Shown: piece by piece, positions 17,065 to 24,964 of the stretch
How the letters are laid out: each line of letters opens with the position of its first letter
Numbering within the stretch: the stretch's first letter is position 1
Source of the DNA: Pseudoalteromonas translucida KMM 520
GTDB lineage: Bacteria > Pseudomonadota > Gammaproteobacteria > Enterobacterales > Alteromonadaceae
Assembly (NCBI RefSeq): GCF_001465295.1
Contig: NZ_CP011034.1
Coordinates: forward strand, 2,700,001-2,732,000
Length of the DNA: 32,000 nucleotides
Reading direction: 5' to 3'
Notes under the pieces: model-generated
The model's input: the letters and a program-made list of their open reading frames with translations, nothing else
The model's database searches: none
What the model was told of the DNA's origin: nothing
Translations under genes and position numbers: made by a program

Positions 17065-18405
17065 TTATTTATATTCGCCAATGCCACCATAAGCATTAAG
17101 GCGGTTATAAAGTGTTTTAGTACTAATACCCAGCATTTGTGCAGCCAGTGTTTTATTACCTTGTACTTTATCGAGCGTGGCATGAATAAGTTCTTTTTCT
17201 ACTTCTTCAATAGTTTGTCCTGCTGATACTTGCTTGTCGTTAACTTGGCTATTCACTTTTGAAAATGGCGACTCTAAGTTATCGGGTAAGGTAATATCAC
17301 TGGTTTGTGGATCGCTCATAATAAACGCACGATGTATTGCATGGCGCAGTTCGCGCACGTTACCAGGCCAGTCATAACTTTGTAGCTCTTTTAACTGGTC
17401 GTTATTCCAGTTAAATGCGGTGCCATTTTCATCATTTAATTGCTCTAAAAAGGCATTTGCTAATAGTGGAATGTCCTCTTTTCGATCGCGCAGTGCCGGT
17501 ATATCAATAGGAAACACTGCCAATCTAAAATAAATATCTTCACGAATAATATTATTTTGCGCTAAATCGGTAAGTGAGCGGTTAGTGGCCGAAATAACTC
17601 GGCAATTTGTAGGTATTTCGCGGTTTCCGCCAACACGTGTTACTTTTTTTGTTTCTAGCACGCGCAGTAAGTTTGGTTGCATACCAATTGGCATTTCGGT
17701 TACTTCGTCTAAAAATAACGTGCCGTCATTTGCTTGTTCAAACACGCCCTCTTTACGTGCAATAGCGCCGGTAAATGCGCCTTTTTCATGCCCAAACAGC
17801 TCACTACTAATCAACTCTTTTGAAAAACCACCACAGTTACTTGCCACCAGCGGCCCTTCACATTCGCTGGCATTATGAATTGCCTGAGCAACTACTTCTT
17901 TACCCGCACCACTTTCGCCCATAAGCATTACGTTGGCGTGGGTTTTAGATACTCGCTCTATCATGGTGTACAGCTTATGCATTGCTGTAGACTCGCCTAT
18001 TAGCGTACCAAAATGGCGGGTTATAGCTGATGATTTTGTTTTTTTAATTGTTTTTTTCGGGCCATTTAATACCCGTTCAAGATCTTCACGCTGTAATGGC
18101 TTTAATAAATGCGCAACATTTGGCTCGCACATATCGGCTAAAATTCCCTTTACCGAAGGGTGCCCAGATATTAGAGTTATTTTGGGTGAATGGCCTATCA
18201 TTTTTAAATGATCGAGTAGGTGCAAGCCGCTACCGTCGGGTAGCATAAAGTCGAGCAGTATGTGATCAAAGCTATTGTTTTCTAGCCACTGATGGGCTTC
18301 TTTTAAACTGGTTGCAGTGCTTATATTATGGCCGAGGAATTCGACTATATGACAAACTACGTCACTAAACTCAACGTCATCGTCCACTAATAGTATATTT
18401 AACAT
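17065..18405 (-). CDS. Sigma-54-dependent response regulator (NtrC family: REC-AAA+-Fis HTH)
   Basis: REC: LVDDD...LLDFMLPDGSG...LLKP. Walker A GESGAGKE, GAFTGA loop (HEKGAFTGA), Walker B LFLDEV, WPGNVRELRH, and C-terminal HTH AAQMLGISTKTLYNRL. Confidence 0.92.
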   Translation of the reverse strand: MLNILLVDDDVEFSDVVCHIVEFLGHNISTATSLKEAHQWLENNSFDHILLDFMLPDGSGLHLLDHLKMIGHSPKITLISGHPSVKGILADMCEPNVAHLLKPLQREDLERVLNGPKKTIKKTKSSAITRHFGTLIGESTAMHKLYTMIERVSKTHANVMLMGESGAGKEVVAQAIHNASECEGPLVASNCGGFSKELISSELFGHEKGAFTGAIARKEGVFEQANDGTLFLDEVTEMPIGMQPNLLRVLETKKVTRVGGNREIPTNCRVISATNRSLTDLAQNNIIREDIYFRLAVFPIDIPALRDRKEDIPLLANAFLEQLNDENGTAFNWNNDQLKELQSYDWPGNVRELRHAIHRAFIMSDPQTSDITLPDNLESPFSKVNSQVNDKQVSAGQTIEEVEKELIHATLDKVQGNKTLAAQMLGISTKTLYNRLNAYGGIGEYK

Positions 18406-18634
18406 GATTAATCCCTATGCTTTTTTATTATTCTACTTGGCCTTAGCACTAAAAGAAAGACGCGCTATTTGTCGCTTAAATTACAAAGCTTTAACTATTT
18501 AGTTAAATTTTTATAAATGAGTATTTTAAGCATACTTGATGTACTTAAACTTAAAAAACACTCACTTTATATACTATTTAACAAAAACCTAAAATAAATA
18601 ACTGATATAATTTAACTTTATTACAGGAGAGCCA

Positions 18635-19147
18635 ATGCGCCCATTAAAAACCCTCATTCATCCAAGTATTAATATTGAGCAAGGCAGTCAATTCACACGT
18701 ATTACCGCTCGCGCTATTGCCATGCATAAACAGCATATTTTATTAATGTATACAAAAAGATATGATGACTTTAGTTTACCTGGTGGTGGTGTTGATGAGC
18801 ACGAAAGTATAGAGCAAGGGTTAATACGAGAGTTGCAAGAGGAAACCGGCGCACAAAATATAATAATAAAGAAAGAGTTCGGCCTGTATGAAGAATACCG
18901 CCCTTGGTACAAAGACGACTTTGACATTATTCATATAAAATCTTATTGCTATGTATGTAATATTGACCAAAAGTTAGGCCAAGCACAGCTTGAACACTAC
19001 GAGCAACAAAATGGCATGGTTGCCAAGTGGGTAGATATAAATGAAGCAATTGCCCATAACGAGCGAACACTTGCCACCAGCGATAAGCAAGGGCTGTCGA
19101 TTATACGCGAAACCTATTTACTCAAAGAAATAGCTAAACAGTTATAG
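18635..19147 (+). CDS. NUDIX hydrolase
   Basis: Nudix box GGGVDEHESIEQGLIRELQEETG (Gx5Ex7REUxEExGU). RBS CAGGAG upstream of the ATG. Confidence 0.85.
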   Translation: MRPLKTLIHPSINIEQGSQFTRITARAIAMHKQHILLMYTKRYDDFSLPGGGVDEHESIEQGLIRELQEETGAQNIIIKKEFGLYEEYRPWYKDDFDIIHIKSYCYVCNIDQKLGQAQLEHYEQQNGMVAKWVDINEAIAHNERTLATSDKQGLSIIRETYLLKEIAKQL

Positions 19148-19156
19148 CCTGTAATT

Positions 19157-19182
19157 AGCTTTACTTACACCTGGGTAAAGCT
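19157..19182. terminator. Hairpin between the convergent Nudix and ygjV-like genes
   Basis: AGCTTTAC (19157-19164) / GTAAAGCT (19175-19182) with a 10-nt loop. It overlaps the ygjV-like stop codon and has a weak U-tract. Confidence 0.4.
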
Positions 19183-19679
19183 CAACAAGGTATTTTTTTT
19201 GTGCTGTAAAAACGATACAAGCCTACTAAATTACTGCTTAAAAATAAGCTTTCCATAACAATAGCGACCGGAGAGTCTGCAAAAACGTTATGGCTTATCC
19301 AAAATAAAGTACCTACAACCATACATAAACGCATATGTAAGTCGTGCTTTTGAAACGATGCAAACGTTTGAATTAACGTCGCAATAAGTGCCAGTGCGCT
19401 AAACCAATCTTGCCAAGTAAAATAAACAGCCACGCAACACAGCAGCATAAAAGCATACATTGCCCACGTTTTACGTGCATAAATGCAGTAAAAGTACCTA
19501 AAGGCGGCAATTAACATTAAGCAACCAGCGCTATTGTGCCCCAACATAAAAAAGTGCACTGCGGTCAACAATACCGACATAAATAAGCAGGTTAAAATTA
19601 ACGAACGCGACTTAAACTGAAACGAGGCAAGGTCAAGTAATGTTGCTATAGCAACTAACGACTGAGCAATTAAAAACAT
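19182..19679 (-). CDS. YgjV family inner-membrane protein
   Basis: Aligns by eye with E. coli YgjV blocks: VHFFMLGHNSAG vs VHFFLLGTYPAG, and MRLCMVVGTLFWISHNVFADSP...LSSNLVGLYRF vs MRCVMWFSTCCWVIHNFWAGSI...LMNGLNIIRF. Confidence 0.8.
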   Translation of the reverse strand: MFLIAQSLVAIATLLDLASFQFKSRSLILTCLFMSVLLTAVHFFMLGHNSAGCLMLIAAFRYFYCIYARKTWAMYAFMLLCCVAVYFTWQDWFSALALIATLIQTFASFQKHDLHMRLCMVVGTLFWISHNVFADSPVAIVMESLFLSSNLVGLYRFYSTKKIPC

Positions 19680-19727
19680 AGTGACTCCTTAAAACAGCAA
19701 GTCTAACTAGCTTTGGCGTTATTACTC

Positions 19728-20294
19728 TTAACTTAAGTTAAGTCGTTTACGAATTCTTGATAAAGAAATTGCCGAAATACCAATATACATAGCCACTTGG
19801 GTTAAGCTTAACTGCGCCAACCAATGGGGCTTTTCGGCTAGTAAATAACGGTAGCGTTGCTCGGGTGTATTAAGCAATAAAAATGCTTCTTTGGCTTCTT
19901 TAAATATAAGCTGCTGCGCAATAAGTTGTTGCTTAATTATTTGCCATTCGGATTGATTAAATACATTCAATGGGACGCTAATAACGCTTACCCTATTAAT
20001 TACTTTTAGCTGATAAAACGCTTCGGTATTCGTTAGCCAATTTCCATAAAGTAGCGCAAACTCATCTTTAAAGTAAAACTCCTTACATCTTTGCCCGCCC
20101 TCTGCATCGTCATGTATTGCACCTAACACCCCATCGAGAATTAAATAGCCATATCGCTGCTTTTGCCCTTGTTGTAACAATACAGTATCGCGCGCTATAT
20201 GCTTAATTGGGTATTGCTCTGCAAGTTGCAGTTTTAAATTTGCAGCAAGCTCTTGATAGCTATCGCCTAGCGGCAAGATTGAAATTTCATTCAT
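19728..20294 (-). CDS. Crp/Fnr family transcriptional regulator (cNMP-binding-like domain + C-terminal HTH)
   Basis: N-terminal beta-roll-like region (GYLILDGVLG) and C-terminal HTH LTQVAMYIGISAISLSRIRKRL. Size is 188 aa. Confidence 0.78.
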   Translation of the reverse strand: MNEISILPLGDSYQELAANLKLQLAEQYPIKHIARDTVLLQQGQKQRYGYLILDGVLGAIHDDAEGGQRCKEFYFKDEFALLYGNWLTNTEAFYQLKVINRVSVISVPLNVFNQSEWQIIKQQLIAQQLIFKEAKEAFLLLNTPEQRYRYLLAEKPHWLAQLSLTQVAMYIGISAISLSRIRKRLNLS

Positions 20295-20392
20295 TTATAT
20301 TAACCATTTTTTGATGAGGGTTTACTGGCTCTAACTAGCAAGCTAATAATAAAAAGCTAAGCCTAAAAACACGTAAATTACTTTAATTTTCT

Positions 20393-20424
20393 TGTAAATT
20401 TTGCAGCGACTTGCATTATTTACA
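20393..20424. promoter_or_regulatory. 32-bp dyad TGTAAATttTGCA-N6-TGCAttATTTACA, candidate upstream activator sequence
   Basis: Arms TGTAAAT (20393-20399) / ATTTACA (20418-20424) plus inner TGCA/TGCA. The centre lies about 120 bp upstream of the -24 element at 20530, the classical position of bEBP binding sites. Confidence 0.35.
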
Positions 20425-20528
20425 GAACATAACAGATTAATAACTATAAAAATATTAAACTCATGCTATACAAAAAATAAATTGCCTTAATAACATCAAC
20501 TTATAAAAAAATCTCAACAAACAATAAC

Positions 20529-20544
20529 TGGCGTTACCTTTGCA
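20529..20544 (+). promoter_or_regulatory. Candidate sigma-54 (-24/-12) promoter TGGCgttacctTTGCA
   Basis: Matches TGGCACG-N4-TTGCW at T1 G2 G3 C4 and T12 T13 G14 C15 A16, with exact GG-to-GC spacing. Lies 35 nt upstream of ATG 20579, leaving room for a short 5' UTR carrying the GAGGAG RBS (20567-20572). Confidence 0.6.
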
Positions 20545-20578
20545 ACCCTCAGTACAGACAAACACAGAGGAGATTACA

Positions 20579-21958
20579 ATGAGCAACACAGTTAATACGA
20601 TCAATCCAACAACTGAGCAAATCATTAATACCTATACGCTGCTGTCGCAACAGCAAGCTGAGCAGGTAATCGAAAAATCTCATCAAACCTATTTAAAGTG
20701 GCGCTTAGTGTCAGTGACCGAACGTGCAAAACACTTAAACAAATTAGCTTCATTATTCGAAGAGCAAAAAGATGCCATAGCCAAACTTATGACCGAAGAA
20801 ATGGGTAAAGTATACGCCCAAGGTTTGCAAGAAGTTGAACTGTGCGCAGGCATTTGTCGTTATAGTGCCGAGCACGGCCCTAAAATTCTTGCCGATGAAG
20901 AACGTGACATGGACGGCGGCCGCGCAATTGTTAGCTATCAGCCTACGGGTGTACTACTTGGCATTCAGCCTTGGAACTTTCCGCTTTACCAGGTAATTCG
21001 CTACAGCGCCGCTAATATAATGGCCGGTAACACCACAGTGTTAAAGCATGCCAGCAATGTATTTGGTATGGCCGAAAAAATTGAAACCTTGTTTAAACAA
21101 GCCGGATTTCCTGAGCACTGCTTTAGTAACCTACTTATTGATGGCAAAACAGCCAGCGCATTAATCGCGCATAAAGCGATTAGCGGCGTTACCTTTACCG
21201 GTAGCGATAGCACAGGTAAAAAAGTAGCCGAGCAAGCGGGTAAATACGTTAAAAAAACCGTATTAGAGCTTGGCAGTAACGACGCCTTTTTAATACTTGA
21301 TGACGCCGACTTAGAACTTGCCGTAAAAACTTGTGTAACAGGACGTATGGTCAACAACGGCGAAACGTGTGTTTCGGCAAAACGTTTTGTAGTGGTTGAG
21401 TCTCTGTATGATGACTTTAAAGCACAAGTAAAACAGCATTTTGAAGCCATGAAAATGGGCGACCCAATGGCCGAGGGCACAGATTTAGGCCCAATGGCAC
21501 GTAAAGATTTACGCGACGGTATTCACGAGCAAGTAATGCAATCGGTTAAAGCGGGAGCAAACATAGTCACCGGTGGTGAAATACCAGAGCAAACCGGCTT
21601 TTACTACCCTCCTACGCTACTTGATAATTTAGCGCCAGGCATGCCAGCGTACGACGACGAGTTATTTGGCCCTGTTGCCTCGCTTATAAAAGCGAAAGAC
21701 AACAACGATGCAATGAAAATTGCTAACTCGTCTCGCTATGGTTTAGGTGGCGGCATTTTCTCAAAAGACGTGAAAAAAGCCATTGAGCTGGCTAAAAAGC
21801 ACTTCGACACTGGTATGATCAACATAAACGGTTACGGTTTAGCGCAACCAAACTTACCATTTGGTGGGGTTAAAGAAAGTGGCTACGGTCGAGAGCACGG
21901 CGGCTTTGGCATGCGCGAATTTGTGAACGTTAAAAGCATCATGATCCACAGCTCATAA
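20579..21958 (+). CDS. NAD(P)-dependent succinate-semialdehyde/aldehyde dehydrogenase, Sad/YneI-like
   Basis: Collinear by eye with E. coli YneI: QPWNFPLYQV, LKHASNV, catalytic Glu in VLELGSNDAF, catalytic Cys in NNGETCVSAKRF, and GGVKESGYGRE. Start moved to ATG 20579 because the track's TTG start at 20540 lies inside the promoter element. Confidence 0.9.
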   Translation: MSNTVNTINPTTEQIINTYTLLSQQQAEQVIEKSHQTYLKWRLVSVTERAKHLNKLASLFEEQKDAIAKLMTEEMGKVYAQGLQEVELCAGICRYSAEHGPKILADEERDMDGGRAIVSYQPTGVLLGIQPWNFPLYQVIRYSAANIMAGNTTVLKHASNVFGMAEKIETLFKQAGFPEHCFSNLLIDGKTASALIAHKAISGVTFTGSDSTGKKVAEQAGKYVKKTVLELGSNDAFLILDDADLELAVKTCVTGRMVNNGETCVSAKRFVVVESLYDDFKAQVKQHFEAMKMGDPMAEGTDLGPMARKDLRDGIHEQVMQSVKAGANIVTGGEIPEQTGFYYPPTLLDNLAPGMPAYDDELFGPVASLIKAKDNNDAMKIANSSRYGLGGGIFSKDVKKAIELAKKHFDTGMININGYGLAQPNLPFGGVKESGYGREHGGFGMREFVNVKSIMIHSS

Positions 21959-22008
21959 ACTTGCTATAAAGTACGAGTGCTAAATACTCGTTACTAGTAA
22001 GCAAAAAA

Positions 22009-22040
22009 TAAAACACCCCGCTTTAAGCGCGGTGTTTTTG
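22009..22040. terminator. Bidirectional rho-independent terminator
   Basis: AACACCCCGC / GCGCGGTGTT stem (9 of 10 pairs) with loop TTTAA, an A-run before and T5 after. Confidence 0.8.
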
Positions 22041-22176
22041 TATTCAATTGATCTAACATCAATTTTTGTTATTGCGATTTTATATCGCACTTTTACTCAT
22101 AATTTTTTATCACCGTGCTTTTATCACAGTGCTAAAACGCAGCGCCTAAGCTCTTTACAAAAATATGACTAAAAGC

Positions 22177-23253
22177 CTAACTCTTTTCAAACATTGGCAC
22201 TTTGCGTTTATCTGCTTTACTCATAGCAAGTTGTTGAATCTCTTCTTGCTTATGCTGCGCCGATTTAGTTTCTAGCGATTGTTGGTCGGCATTTTCGTAG
22301 GTTAATTCGGTTAATAGCGCGAAGTGATCAGAACCGTATTTTGCTAATCGTTTTATACGCTTTACTTTAAACCCTTCACTGTGAAATAAATGATCCAGCG
22401 GCCAGCGCATAAAAAAGTAACTAGCGTGAAACGTGTTGTAAAATCCACGGCCTTTACGGGGGTCTAGTAAGCCACTAATTTGCATAAACAAACGGGTGCT
22501 GCGCGACCAAGCTACGTCGTTTAAGTCGCCGGCAACTATAGTTGGCCGTGTTGGGTTTTTAAGTGCTTTTGCTACCATAATTAGCTCTGAGTCGCGCGGC
22601 CGCGATGAGTCTTCTTCGGTGGGGCTTGGTGGCGCTGGGTGAATAAAGTGCGCTTGCATTTTAACCCCTTGTGCACTTGCAAATAAAATATGAATTGACG
22701 GTATGTCGTCTTCTATTAACTGGCATATTTGCGCGTCAAATATTTTAAATTTACTGTATAGATGCATGCCGTAACGGTTGTCTTTAGGGCACTCTATGTA
22801 ATATGGATAGTCTTTTTTAAGTACTGATAACTTATTTTGCCACCAACTGTCACTTTCAAGGGTAATAAGTAGGTCGGGTTGATGCTGATTAACCAAGCTA
22901 ATTAATTGCTCACTGTTATGGTTCGACATAAGTACATTTGCCGACATAATTCTTACACTGTGCGCGATGTGTTTTGAGGCGCTTTGCACTTCTTTTTTTG
23001 CCAGCCAAGTATATGGGTATATCCACTTTCCCTGTAAAAACATAATTAATACAGCGCCTGCAACAATATACAAAAAGTCTGTGGCGTTATTAAATGCAAA
23101 GTACCCAGCAACACATGCTATAAAGCTTGCAATATAAAACACTTGTAAGCGAATAAAGTCGCAACCACGCACCAGATAATGCTGGCTATACGCCATAGGT
23201 AATAGCGTTATAAATAATAAAAAGCTTGTTATTATTGCCAGCGTAATAAACAT
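22177..23253 (-). CDS. Membrane-anchored endonuclease/exonuclease/phosphatase (EEP) family protein
   Basis: Three N-terminal hydrophobic helices, then EEP-type blocks (IMSANVLMSN..., IVAGDLNDVAWS, GSDHFAL at the C-terminal catalytic His). Confidence 0.8.
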   Translation of the reverse strand: MFITLAIITSFLLFITLLPMAYSQHYLVRGCDFIRLQVFYIASFIACVAGYFAFNNATDFLYIVAGAVLIMFLQGKWIYPYTWLAKKEVQSASKHIAHSVRIMSANVLMSNHNSEQLISLVNQHQPDLLITLESDSWWQNKLSVLKKDYPYYIECPKDNRYGMHLYSKFKIFDAQICQLIEDDIPSIHILFASAQGVKMQAHFIHPAPPSPTEEDSSRPRDSELIMVAKALKNPTRPTIVAGDLNDVAWSRSTRLFMQISGLLDPRKGRGFYNTFHASYFFMRWPLDHLFHSEGFKVKRIKRLAKYGSDHFALLTELTYENADQQSLETKSAQHKQEEIQQLAMSKADKRKVPMFEKS

Positions 23254-23272
23254 TTAAACTCCTGTTGGTTGT

Positions 23273-23722
23273 TTATCGACTCAAAATAGACAGTATTTCG
23301 CGCGTGTCGTGTACCATATGAATAATAGTACGATCTACCTCTATGCGTACAGTCCCTTTATCTCGGTATCTGTCTATTACTTTGGCGCGCTTATAAATAT
23401 CACGCTCTAAAATATCACCTCTGTGGTAACTTTTGTGCCAACCCGGTGGCGTCCACCCTTGACGAATAAGCTTTTTAGCTTCTTTTTTAGATAAGTGGTT
23501 ATCGTGGCGGTCATATTTTTTATGGTATTTTTTCCACTCATGCTTATTTGAATGATGTTTTTTATTGTGGTGCTTTTTATTGTAGTGCTTGTTTGAGCCA
23601 TGCTCGTATTTACTATGTTTATTATGGTGCTTATCATAATAATCATCTTTGTCGTGCTTTGCTTGTGCGCTAAATGAGCTCAACATTAAAATAATTAATG
23701 CGCTATAAATGGTTTTATACAT
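23273..23722 (-). CDS. Exported histidine/lysine-rich protein with a possible RcnB-like C-terminal domain
   Basis: Signal peptide MYKTIYSALIILMLSSFSAQA. By my count, 14 His in the first 55 mature residues (KHHNKH...KKHHNKKHHSNKH). The C-terminal HRGDILERDIYKRAKVIDRY...VRIEVDRTIIHMVHDTREIL loosely resembles periplasmic RcnB-type proteins. Confidence 0.55.
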   Translation of the reverse strand: MYKTIYSALIILMLSSFSAQAKHDKDDYYDKHHNKHSKYEHGSNKHYNKKHHNKKHHSNKHEWKKYHKKYDRHDNHLSKKEAKKLIRQGWTPPGWHKSYHRGDILERDIYKRAKVIDRYRDKGTVRIEVDRTIIHMVHDTREILSILSR

Positions 23723-23801
23723 AGTTAATCTCTGCTTTAGTTAATAACGCAAGATTAACAAGTTAGCCTGAACAACATATGAAACTCTGTATAAAGTAAT
23801 C

Positions 23802-24050
23802 TTAACGCTGCTTATATTGCGTTTTACAATGGCTGCGCATAATGGCGGGATCACGCAGCTTTAAATGTTTGGTTTTGCGCCCAGCGTGGCGTTTTCGCCA
23901 TACTTTAAAGCTGCCGCTGGCAATATTTTGGCTCATAAAAACCACCAACTGCGAATAGTTTAAGCCATAAAGTTGCTCTATTGCTTCAAACGGGGTTCTA
24001 TCCTCCCATGCCATTTCTATAATGCGCGATTGCTGCTGGGCGTTAAACAT
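23802..24050 (-). CDS. TIGR03643/DUF2805 family small protein
   Basis: IIEMAWEDRTPFEAIEQLYGL...FKVWRKRHAGRKTKH matches my recollection of the DUF2805 consensus. Confidence 0.65.
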   Translation of the reverse strand: MFNAQQQSRIIEMAWEDRTPFEAIEQLYGLNYSQLVVFMSQNIASGSFKVWRKRHAGRKTKHLKLRDPAIMRSHCKTQYKQR

Positions 24051-24231
24051 AGTTATTTTCTCTTTAAAAAATAACTAATACGAAGCACTAAAATTGCACG
24101 ATCAATTTAACTTAAGCCATATAAAATAGAGATACATTTAATTACGGTTATTTTTTATCATTATTTTAGAAGAAGAAAATTTAAGTGTATGATATTAAAT
24201 ATATCTATAACCAAGTATAGAGAAGTTAACT

Positions 24232-24891
24232 ATGTTTACAAAGCTGCCACGCTGGGTTGAATATGGCGCATTTACACTGGCATTTATTGCCGGCATTGTG
24301 AACGCTGTGGGTTTATTAGGGTTTGAACATCAGGCTATTTCTCATTTGTCGGGCTCTGTTACTTTATTTGGCATAAAATTAATGAGTGATGGCAGTGCGG
24401 CATTATTACTGTTTAGTATAATAATAAGCTTTATGCTTGGCTCTGCGTTGTCGGGGTTTTTACTCAACGGTGGCTCGTTAAAGTTAGGCCGACATTACGA
24501 CACTTTATTATTAATCGAAGGATTATTACTGCTAGCCAGTGCCTACTTACTTTATAGCTCCTTTGTTTATGGCATAGTGCTGGCGTCTGCCGCTTGTGGC
24601 TTACAAAATGCGTTGGCAACCAATTACAGTGGCGCAGTAGTGCGTACTACACATTTAACCGGTATTTTTACCGACCTTGGTTTAATGATGGGCCGCGCAT
24701 TAAAAGGCGATGCTGTAGATAGCCGAAAGTTCATGGTGTTTTTACTGATCACCCTAGGGTTTTTATGCGGTGGTGTAATTGGGTTTATGCTATTTGAATT
24801 ATTTTCTGTAGCAACTTTAGTAGTGCCGGCTGTTATGTGCTTTATTTTATCAATTACTTATCGGCTTTATCGTTTACGCAACACCGTTTAA
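24232..24891 (+). CDS. YoaK/DUF1275 family membrane protein
   Basis: Six hydrophobic segments with AACGLQNALAT...VRTTHLTGIFTDLG, characteristic of DUF1275. Confidence 0.72.
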   Translation: MFTKLPRWVEYGAFTLAFIAGIVNAVGLLGFEHQAISHLSGSVTLFGIKLMSDGSAALLLFSIIISFMLGSALSGFLLNGGSLKLGRHYDTLLLIEGLLLLASAYLLYSSFVYGIVLASAACGLQNALATNYSGAVVRTTHLTGIFTDLGLMMGRALKGDAVDSRKFMVFLLITLGFLCGGVIGFMLFELFSVATLVVPAVMCFILSITYRLYRLRNTV

Positions 24892-24964
24892 CGCAAGTTA
24901 TTTCAATACGTTTGCCTAACGCTTACCATAGCGCCATTACCATATAATCAATGTGTAGGAATAT

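Noticed and set aside
18491-18549. Small palindromes (TTAACT-N4-AGTTAA at 18491-18506; TTTAAG-N13-CTTAAA at 18525-18549) upstream of the sigma-54 activator operon.
   Set aside because: These are short AT-only arms in a spacer that is about 75% AT. They are plausible operators but indistinguishable from chance without comparative data.
20326-20340. TGGCtctaactaGCA, a sigma-54-like element in the same intergenic region.
   Set aside because: The GG-to-GC spacing is one nucleotide short and the -12 region lacks TTGC. It is also about 250 bp from the nearest plus-strand start. The 20529-20544 site is much better.
23407-23646. 79-aa same-strand alternative-frame ORF inside the His-rich protein gene.
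   Set aside because: It is a by-product of the repetitive AAR/CAY-rich DNA. The annotated frame has a signal peptide and a structured C-terminus, while this frame has neither.
24083-24098. AAGCAC-N5-TTGCA upstream of the yoaK-like gene, resembling a -24/-12 promoter.
   Set aside because: The essential -24 GG dinucleotide is AG here, and without it RpoN binding is unlikely.
24147-24165. Fur-box-like sequence GTTATTTTTTATCATTATT upstream of yoaK and the TonB-dependent receptor.
   Set aside because: It matches the 19-bp Fur consensus at only about 13 of 19 positions, in a very AT-rich spacer where such matches arise by chance. That is not enough to call iron regulation.
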